IMG/VR virus record: IMGVR_UViG_3300032237_000346
Coordinates: 1 to 39,880 of that record
DNA length: 39,880 bases
From: a virus
Taxonomy: Duplodnaviria > Caudoviricetes
Strand: one strand, 5' to 3'
This document shows, one piece after another, positions 17,107 through 23,115 of the stretch (position 1 is its first letter; every line of letters begins with the position of its first letter). The position numbers were made by a program, and so were the translations under genes. Under the pieces are notes generated by a model that saw nothing but the letters and a program-made list of their open reading frames with translations, made no database searches and was not told where the DNA came from.

Positions 17107-17398
17107 TGCTTTTCTCCTCTGTCTTAAGTACTGACATGAGTGACTTAAGGTGGTCAAGTGCCTGTTGCTTGCGCTTGTAGTTAGTGCCCAGCATTTCGTT
17201 AGCCTTGCGTAGCGTGCTACCTTTGGCAGTCATCTTCATTCCTGTCTTAAGTTCTAACTCAATCCAACTGATGAGAGATAGCAGGATGTATAAGTCCACG
17301 CCTGACCCGCTTGCGCTGGTCATCTCTCCGTTCTCGTTGAATGTCATGTGGTTAGCGCCGTTGGTTAATGCTTCTAGTGTTTCTTCGGGTAGTGCCAT
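17099..17398 (-). CDS. Hypothetical protein
   Basis: Start MALPEE with GACAGGAGA RBS. Confidence 0.65.
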   Translation of the reverse strand: MALPEETLEALTNGANHMTFNENGEMTSASGSGVDLYILLSLISWIELELKTGMKMTAKGSTLRKANEMLGTNYKRKQQALDHLKSLMSVLKTEEKSNG

Positions 17399-17399
17399 G

Positions 17400-17681
17400 T
17401 TAGTTATCTCCTGTCTTGGTGTATTTGGTACGCAATTCATTGTCTTGATAGCAAGCATGGCATAGTGGAATGTCATCATCTATTTTTCCTTCTAGACACA
17501 TAGCCATGTCACAACCCTTACATTTTTTTATTGAGTTATCTTCTGTCTTAAGTAACAATTCGTTATTGAGTTTTGATTTGATGCTGTTGGTAAGTGTGTT
17601 ATCCCACATACCGCCGTTGTCGTTGATTGTTTTGTTGATTGAGTAGAGTACCCAGTCAATCTCTTGTGCTGTTAGTTTCAT
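17400..17681 (-). CDS. Hypothetical protein with C-terminal CxxC pairs
   Basis: GACAGGAGA RBS; directly downstream of a promoter. Confidence 0.65.
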   Translation of the reverse strand: MKLTAQEIDWVLYSINKTINDNGGMWDNTLTNSIKSKLNNELLLKTEDNSIKKCKGCDMAMCLEGKIDDDIPLCHACYQDNELRTKYTKTGDN

Positions 17682-17712
17682 TGTGTTTCTCCTGTCGTTA
17701 GTTGGTAGTTGT

Positions 17713-17767
17713 AGTTAATCGGTTGTGCTATCTGATGTCAAGCATTTGTTGTGTGATGTTGGTCACA
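17713..17767 (-). promoter_or_regulatory. Sigma-A-type promoter (TTGACA-17-TTAACT) with upstream CRP-type box
   Basis: tgtcaa 17736-17741, agttaa 17713-17718, TGTGAtgttggTCACA 17752-17767. Confidence 0.75.
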
Positions 17768-17774
17768 TTGTGTC

Positions 17775-17936
17775 TTAAGGCAGAGGGTATCCAGCAGGAC
17801 ATCCGATTTGCTCTACTAGACATGACTCGGATACATCCCACACACCTAGTGCGCTTGATACTCCGATGATTGCGGTAAGTATTAAGACATAAATAAAGAT
17901 TGCTCTGACCAGTCTGCCTCGGCGTGTTAGTTTCAT
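17775..17936 (-). CDS. Hypothetical 53-aa membrane protein (MKLTRRGRLVR...)
   Basis: LTRRGR plus TM helix; translated by hand. Confidence 0.65.
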   Translation of the reverse strand: MKLTRRGRLVRAIFIYVLILTAIIGVSSALGVWDVSESCLVEQIGCPAGYPLP

Positions 17937-18067
17937 TTGTTTACCTGCTTAGTCATAAGACTTGAAGCAATCAAACGCAAAATCTTTTTGTCGTGATTAC
18001 TTAAGACATAATCTTTTGCATGTTGGCATTGGTTGAGTGGGATTAGGCAGTCTCCGCAAATTGTCAT
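17933..18067 (-). CDS. Hypothetical 44-aa protein (MTICGDCLIP...C.H)
   Basis: ATGA overlap; translated by hand. Confidence 0.55.
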   Translation of the reverse strand: MTICGDCLIPLNQCQHAKDYVLSNHDKKILRLIASSLMTKQVNK

Positions 18068-18078
18068 GTCTTAAGTCA

Positions 18079-18333
18079 CTACCCTTCCAGCGTGTAGCAT
18101 TTAGGGCAGAGGGTGAGTCCGTTATCCTCGCGCTTTTGGTAGTTCTCTGTCCATTCTGAACAACTTTCGCACTCCTCAGCATCAACTTCTTCGCTGGCTG
18201 GGATGATTGAAAGTTGGGCGGTGAACTCTTGGAAGATTTCATCCGCTGTCATTTCATCGGCAGAATAAAACTCGTAGTTGATACTCTCGAAACTTGGCTC
18301 GTGAAGAATCTCTATGCTGTACTTGTGCGCCAT
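18079..18333 (-). CDS. Hypothetical acidic protein with C-terminal zinc ribbon
   Basis: Start MAHKY with gaagg RBS; CESC...CPKC. Confidence 0.65.
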   Translation of the reverse strand: MAHKYSIEILHEPSFESINYEFYSADEMTADEIFQEFTAQLSIIPASEEVDAEECESCSEWTENYQKREDNGLTLCPKCYTLEG

Positions 18334-18334
18334 G

Positions 18335-18523
18335 TTAGTTACCTTCTGTCTTAAGTTCGAAACCCATGTAGTAACCGTCTTTGATGTCGTTCCACATCCA
18401 TTTTTCTGCGTTGCTTGTCCAGCGCTCCACATCTACGGTTCGGCTGACTCCGTTCTGTGTGACTGTGTAGGTGGTGCCTTCTGTCGTGATTGTGTCCCCG
18501 TTAGGGTGTGTCCATGTTGCCAT
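18335..18523 (-). CDS. Hypothetical protein
   Basis: Start MATWTH with GACAGGAGA RBS. Confidence 0.65.
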   Translation of the reverse strand: MATWTHPNGDTITTEGTTYTVTQNGVSRTVDVERWTSNAEKWMWNDIKDGYYMGFELKTEGN

Positions 18524-18545
18524 TGTGCTGTCTCCTGTCGTGCTC

Positions 18546-18636
18546 GGTGGTGAGTATCTCTCGCCTACCTTGTGCCCTAATGGTGCCTTGCTCACCTCGT
18601 GCTCGTCAAGCATTTAGGGCTGTGATTTACATCACA
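18546..18636 (-). promoter_or_regulatory. CRP-type box + TTGACG + three-way junction + leader hairpin (element A)
   Basis: TGTGAtttacaTCACA 18621-18636; gccctaa/ttagggc stem 18574-18620; hairpin 18546-18569. Confidence 0.7.
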
Positions 18637-18650
18637 TTTTTTATTCTGTA

Positions 18651-18785
18651 TTAAGACACGCTCACAATTCTTACCGATTGCTTAAGGCTCTCGGCTATCT
18701 TGCGAAACTCTGCGAAGTTCTCCGCGCTGAGTGTGTTTTGAGATTCCAAACCGCTCCCGCTGTATAAGTTGAAAGTAATCTTCAT
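18651..18785 (-). CDS. Hypothetical 44-aa protein
   Basis: MKITFNLYSGSG...; ggaggtg RBS; ATGA overlap; translated by hand. Confidence 0.6.
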   Translation of the reverse strand: MKITFNLYSGSGLESQNTLSAENFAEFRKIAESLKQSVRIVSVS

Positions 18786-19159
18786 GCTGTCACCTCCGCT
18801 TCTGTCTTAATACCTAAGAACATTTGTTCTCCGTTGCTGTAAGTCCATTGGTTGGTGTCAGGATTCCAAAGGTAGAAATACTCCTCGCCTGCGTTAAAGT
18901 TTCGCACCCAATCGGTAGTGTCAAGAAAGGTGCGGGCGCTGTCGCTTGGTGTGCTGTATGCCCCCGCCTTGGTTTCTTCTATCGTGTCCATGAGTGCAGA
19001 AAATCCACCAAGGGCGATGAGTTGTTCTGCCTGTTCCTTGCTGTTGTAGTTCTGTATTAAGCCAGCACCTACCCCCTCAGGGTATCCGTCCCAGTGGCAA
19101 TAAATTGCCTTAACTGTGCCGTTTTGTGACTTAATACCGATAGTGCTTCTTGTTGCCAT
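18782..19159 (-). CDS. Conserved phage early protein (IYCHWDGYP family)
   Basis: MATRSTI...AIYCHWDGYPEGVG..L...EEYFYLW; GACGGGAGA RBS. Confidence 0.75.
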   Translation of the reverse strand: MATRSTIGIKSQNGTVKAIYCHWDGYPEGVGAGLIQNYNSKEQAEQLIALGGFSALMDTIEETKAGAYSTPSDSARTFLDTTDWVRNFNAGEEYFYLWNPDTNQWTYSNGEQMFLGIKTEAEVTA

Positions 19160-19182
19160 GTTTTTGTTCTCCCGTCTTAATA

Positions 19183-19275
19183 CATGAGCGAGGATTTCCC
19201 GCTTCATGTCGTGCCCTAATTGAGTCATGAACTCGCGCCCTCTGTCAAGGGTTTAGGGCTGTGAGTTGCCTCACA
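19183..19275 (-). promoter_or_regulatory. CRP-type box + TTGACA + three-way junction + leader hairpin (element B)
   Basis: TGTGAgttgccTCACA 19260-19275; stem 19213-19259; hairpin 19183-19208. Confidence 0.7.
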
Positions 19276-19289
19276 TTTTGGTTTTTGTC

Positions 19290-19598
19290 TTAAGCACTAA
19301 TCTTGAGCAACTTCTTCCAAGCCTCGTGCGCTATGTTCTGAGTCTCGTTGAAATCTAACTCGCTGAGTTCTGACTTAAGTAGTCGGCGGTTATACGCCTC
19401 ATCTGCTGAGGCTTGAGTTCCTCTGACCCATAGGGCGATAACTTTATTTCTTAATTCTGCGGGGATAATCTGCATTAAGTCATGAAATGACTCATGCTCG
19501 TCCTTCTGTGCTCGTATCTGCTGACTCATGCGCCATGTTGTAGGGGTTCCAAACCCTCCTTCTTGAGCCTCGTTCCATTGCTTACGGATTGCGTTCAT
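19290..19598 (-). CDS. Hypothetical protein
   Basis: GACAGGAGA RBS; 102 aa. Confidence 0.7.
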   Translation of the reverse strand: MNAIRKQWNEAQEGGFGTPTTWRMSQQIRAQKDEHESFHDLMQIIPAELRNKVIALWVRGTQASADEAYNRRLLKSELSELDFNETQNIAHEAWKKLLKISA

Positions 19599-19622
19599 AG
19601 TTCTGTTCTCCTGTCTTAAGTC

Positions 19623-19695
19623 ACAAGGTGAGACTCTCTCGCCTTGCTAGTGCCCCCGTTGGTCGTGAACCTTTGCCGACTTATCGGGCGGGGGC
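19623..19695 (-). ncRNA. Predicted three-way junction + leader hairpin (element C, no CRP box)
   Basis: gcccccg/cgggggc stem 19652-19695 with two inner hairpins; hairpin 19623-19647; same architecture as elements A and B. Confidence 0.55.
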
Positions 19696-19703
19696 TTTCT
19701 GTC

Positions 19704-19844
19704 TTAAGCCTTAACTTTTGAGATTTGGCGCTTGAGTTTCTTCTCTAACTTTTCGAGGCGCTGGCTTCTCTCGTCCCCGTGAGTGCCTACACTGTCGAAC
19801 TGAATCGCTGAGAGTATGTCGCGCAATTCTTTTTCTGTGAACAT
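19704..19844 (-). CDS. Hypothetical 46-aa protein
   Basis: Start MFTEKEL with GACAGGAGA RBS. Confidence 0.65.
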   Translation of the reverse strand: MFTEKELRDILSAIQFDSVGTHGDERSQRLEKLEKKLKRQISKVKA

Positions 19845-19912
19845 TTCTTCTCCTGTCTTAAGTAAGGGAGGGGGCGGGCTTTCCGCCCCTCTCCTTTCTT
19901 CTGTCTTAAGTC

Positions 19913-20554
19913 TTAAGCCTCCTTGAAGATTTCTTCGCATGTGTTGCAGGTCACACCGCTTTCAAGGACACCGCGAGAGAGGCGGATTACATTTTCACAT
20001 TCGCACATTGCCTTGATTAGGTTGGTGTTTCGTCCCTTAGGCTTGGCGGTTCCCTCGCCTGTCGCGGTAAGTTCTAGCGCCTTGGTGAGAATTGCAAGCG
20101 CCTTGCTCCAGCGCTTGGCTCCGAACTCGGTGAGCGTGGTGCTCGCGTGTCCCTTGCCCTTGATTTCCTCGGTCTTAAGACCTAACGCCTCGGCTTGTGT
20201 CTTAAATTTGGCGTTATGGTATTGGTTCGCGCTGCAATCTTGGATGCCGTTAGCGTGGTTGAGAGAGTGAGCAACCTCATGCAACAGGGTGCTCAATAGT
20301 TCTGCCCCTGTTGTGAAATGCTCAAGGTTGAAGGCAATCTCATGGAAAGATTCTGTCCCTGTTGTCCATGGGGTGTAAGGGGTGAAGTGTCCCTTGGCAC
20401 CCTTGAGGTTACGGGTCACGAGAATTGTGGCGCGGGGTGCGCCTGTTTCTGTCTTAATCAACTCGTGAGCCTGTTCTAACGCCTTGGTGAGGGTGCTTAG
20501 CGCCTCTGCCTTGCTTGCCTTGTTTCCTGTCTTAAGTGCTGTTGTTGCTGTCAT
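19913..20554 (-). CDS. SprT-like zinc metalloprotease domain protein
   Basis: TLLHEVAH (HExxH), YHN..FK..AE..GL, C-terminal CEC...CNTC. Confidence 0.8.
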   Translation of the reverse strand: MTATTALKTGNKASKAEALSTLTKALEQAHELIKTETGAPRATILVTRNLKGAKGHFTPYTPWTTGTESFHEIAFNLEHFTTGAELLSTLLHEVAHSLNHANGIQDCSANQYHNAKFKTQAEALGLKTEEIKGKGHASTTLTEFGAKRWSKALAILTKALELTATGEGTAKPKGRNTNLIKAMCECENVIRLSRGVLESGVTCNTCEEIFKEA

Positions 20555-20599
20555 TTCTTGATTCTCCCGTCATCGGCTTAAATCCTTGTGACTTAAGCA

Positions 20600-20673
20600 C
20601 TAGGAGATTTCTACACTACCTCCCGCCATGCCCTCAACATTTGGCGCCATTTGGCGGTGTGATTCTCATCACA
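20600..20673 (-). promoter_or_regulatory. First early promoter region with CRP-type box
   Basis: TGTGAttctcaTCACA 20658-20673, a tandem cgccaaatg duplication, then TTGAGG on the minus strand. Confidence 0.6.
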
Positions 20674-21029
20674 TTTTGGAAGTGAGCGTGAGCCTGAGCG
20701 TGTAAGCCTGTGCCGTCTCGCATAGTGAGACAGGCAAGCGAGCAGGCTCATGCTTCCCCGATGCCCCCCGCGATTAAGGGCTCGGCTGTTCTAGTAATAG
20801 CCCTCAAGCGAACTAGCCCAATCAAGCACACCAAGCAAGCAAGCAAGCAGACAGGGCGAGCATTTGCAGGGCTTGTTTATTAGGGGAGAGAATGACAATG
20901 AACGAACCCAGGGTTTTTAAATATGCGTGCAAGTATGTATATATGTATGTAGTCACATAAGTTTGATAGGGGAGGGTGGTTCTGACCAGCACTTTTAGTA
21001 CAGTGGCGTAGGTAACAAAAAATACTTTA

Positions 21030-21080
21030 AAATAAAGTGTCCAATTAGTGTCCTTTGGACACCTAATACTATAGTGTAGG
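21030..21080 (+). promoter_or_regulatory. Putative late promoter
   Basis: A/T tract, GTGTC at 21037 and 21048, GACAC at 21058, -10-like TATAGT 21070-21075. Confidence 0.5.
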
Positions 21081-21228
21081 GCTTTACATATTACGCCCTA
21101 CCGCTAAGCATTGGCAGCCCGAAGGCTGCCCCTACATTACGCCCTAACCTACGGCTTCCGCCTTGGGGCTACAGCCTACGGTTAGGAAAGGATAAACTGC
21201 GATTCTAACATAAAGCGGAATCGCTACT

Positions 21229-23097
21229 ATGCCTATGGAAACTAAAAGAGTTAACTCGCAAACTAAAAACGCCGATGCTATTAAAAAGCAAATTATAGAA
21301 TTTCTGATGGAGGGGTACTCCGTCCAAAAGGCGATGGATGCTGTCGGTCGGTCCGTTAAGACCTACGAATACTACCGCAAGACCGATGAGACATTCCGTA
21401 CCCAGATAGACAAAGTGCGGTCTATGACCGCCCGTGGCGAACTACAGACAGGTACCGTAGAGGTGCCACCGTTCCCAGAGTTTTCATCCAGATACCTTGG
21501 GGTAGAAGTCTTTACCCATCAAAAGCACTGGATTGATTTACTGGAGGGTACACCCCCCTCCGATATACACCCTAGCATCATCTATGAGCCTGGGGATAAA
21601 GATTTAATTATTGTTAATACACCGCCTGAGCACGCCAAGTCTACGACCATTACGGTCAACTACGCGCTCTACCAGATTTGCCGTAACCCTAACATCCGTA
21701 TCTTGGTGGTGTCCAAGACTCAGGCTATGGCGCAAAAGTTCCTGCTCTCCATTAAGAACAGACTCACCCATCCTCGTTATCAGGACTTACATCTTGCCTT
21801 TGGACCTCCAGGCGGCTTTGAAAAGAACTCTGATTCATGGAAGCAGGACTTAATTTACTTATCCTCAGAGGCTCGTAACTCTGGTGAAAAAGACCCAACA
21901 GTTCAAGCCATTGGTGTCCGTGGACATATCTACGGTGCTCGTGCTGACTTGATTATCATGGACGACTGTGTTGACCATACCAACGCCCATGAGTACGAAA
22001 AGCAGATTGACTGGATTCAATCCGAAGTTATGTCGCGTATTGACAATGACGGGGGTAAGTTACTTGTCGTAGGTACACGCTTGCGCCCAAGAGACTTGTA
22101 CTCAGAATTGCGCGACCCTATGCGCTACCCTGACGAGACATCCCCATGGACCTACTTTGCACAACCTGCGGTATTAGAATTTAAAGATGAATACAAAGAC
22201 TGGGTAACGCTCTGGCCGAAAACCAATATGCCACCCGTCTCGGGTAAAGGTACACCCGATGAGGATGGACTCTATACCAAGTGGGATGGTGAGGCGCTTT
22301 CTAAAAAGCGTAGTCGTATGTCTCCCAACTTGTGGGCAATGGTTTACCAACAACAACAGGTGCATGAAGATTCTGCTTTCCCTGCTGCAGCAATCAAGGG
22401 TGTCATTAACGGTGCCCGTAACATTGGTTTGATTCCAAAAGGTAAGGCAGGCAACCGACATGAAGGCATGGATGGTTTGGTCGTTGTGGCTGGACTGGAC
22501 CCTGCTATGTCTGGTTATACCGCTGCTGTCTGTATTGCTTTAGACATTGCAAGCCAGAAGCGTTATCTATTAGATGTGTCAAATGTACCTGGTATGAAAC
22601 CAGATGACATCAGAACTCTCATCAAAGACTGGACTGACAAGTACAAAATTTCTGAGTGGCGTGTTGAGAAAAATGCATTTCAAGCGATGTTGACTCAGGA
22701 CCGTGAGGTGCGGGAATACCTATCGGCTAGAGGTGCAACATTGCGTGAACACCATACAGGACAAAATAAATGGGACACGGACTTTGGTGTTGCATCTCTA
22801 ACCACTTTATTCCATGGGTACGAAGAAGGAAATAACTTAATTGAGTTTCCTTCAACTCATTCATCAGAAGGACTCAAGGCTCTTATTGAGCAGTTAGTTA
22901 CCTGGTACCCAGATGCACCCAAGTCACAAAAGACTGACTGCGTTATGGCTTTCTGGTTTACAGAACTTGCAATCCGTGACCGCATCAATAGTGCAAATGT
23001 TTATGCACGCAATCATAATCGTCAATCCATGTTCCATACACGGTATGACAAATCACAACAAGCAACAATTTCTTTATCCGATTTAATGACAATCTAA
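21229..23097 (+). CDS. terL: Terminase large subunit with N-terminal HTH extension
   Basis: PPEHAKST Walker A, GARADLIIMDD Walker B, VVGTR, YQQ, GLDPA nuclease, DCVMAFWF. Confidence 0.92.
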   Translation: MPMETKRVNSQTKNADAIKKQIIEFLMEGYSVQKAMDAVGRSVKTYEYYRKTDETFRTQIDKVRSMTARGELQTGTVEVPPFPEFSSRYLGVEVFTHQKHWIDLLEGTPPSDIHPSIIYEPGDKDLIIVNTPPEHAKSTTITVNYALYQICRNPNIRILVVSKTQAMAQKFLLSIKNRLTHPRYQDLHLAFGPPGGFEKNSDSWKQDLIYLSSEARNSGEKDPTVQAIGVRGHIYGARADLIIMDDCVDHTNAHEYEKQIDWIQSEVMSRIDNDGGKLLVVGTRLRPRDLYSELRDPMRYPDETSPWTYFAQPAVLEFKDEYKDWVTLWPKTNMPPVSGKGTPDEDGLYTKWDGEALSKKRSRMSPNLWAMVYQQQQVHEDSAFPAAAIKGVINGARNIGLIPKGKAGNRHEGMDGLVVVAGLDPAMSGYTAAVCIALDIASQKRYLLDVSNVPGMKPDDIRTLIKDWTDKYKISEWRVEKNAFQAMLTQDREVREYLSARGATLREHHTGQNKWDTDFGVASLTTLFHGYEEGNNLIEFPSTHSSEGLKALIEQLVTWYPDAPKSQKTDCVMAFWFTELAIRDRINSANVYARNHNRQSMFHTRYDKSQQATISLSDLMTI

Positions 23098-23115
23098 CAA
23101 AGGTAGGAGGTGAAC

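Larger units (their letters stand above)
15583..20597. repeat. Dispersed GTCTTAA(G/T) / TTAAGAC motif array, about 27 copies plus GACTTAA variants
   Basis: Counted by eye; positions are given in the findings. Confidence 0.9.

Noticed and set aside
18574-19695. Three-way junctions as genuine tRNA genes, hammerhead ribozymes or c-di-GMP riboswitches
   Set aside because: Only 44-47 nt, no anticodon arm and a non-canonical T-loop; no CUGAUGA/GAAA core; GGCAAA occurs in one copy only, without the rest of the c-di-GMP-I architecture.
15583-20597. TTAAGAC repeats as a CRISPR or mini-array
   Set aside because: Repeats are only 7-10 bp, irregularly spaced and often inside ORFs.
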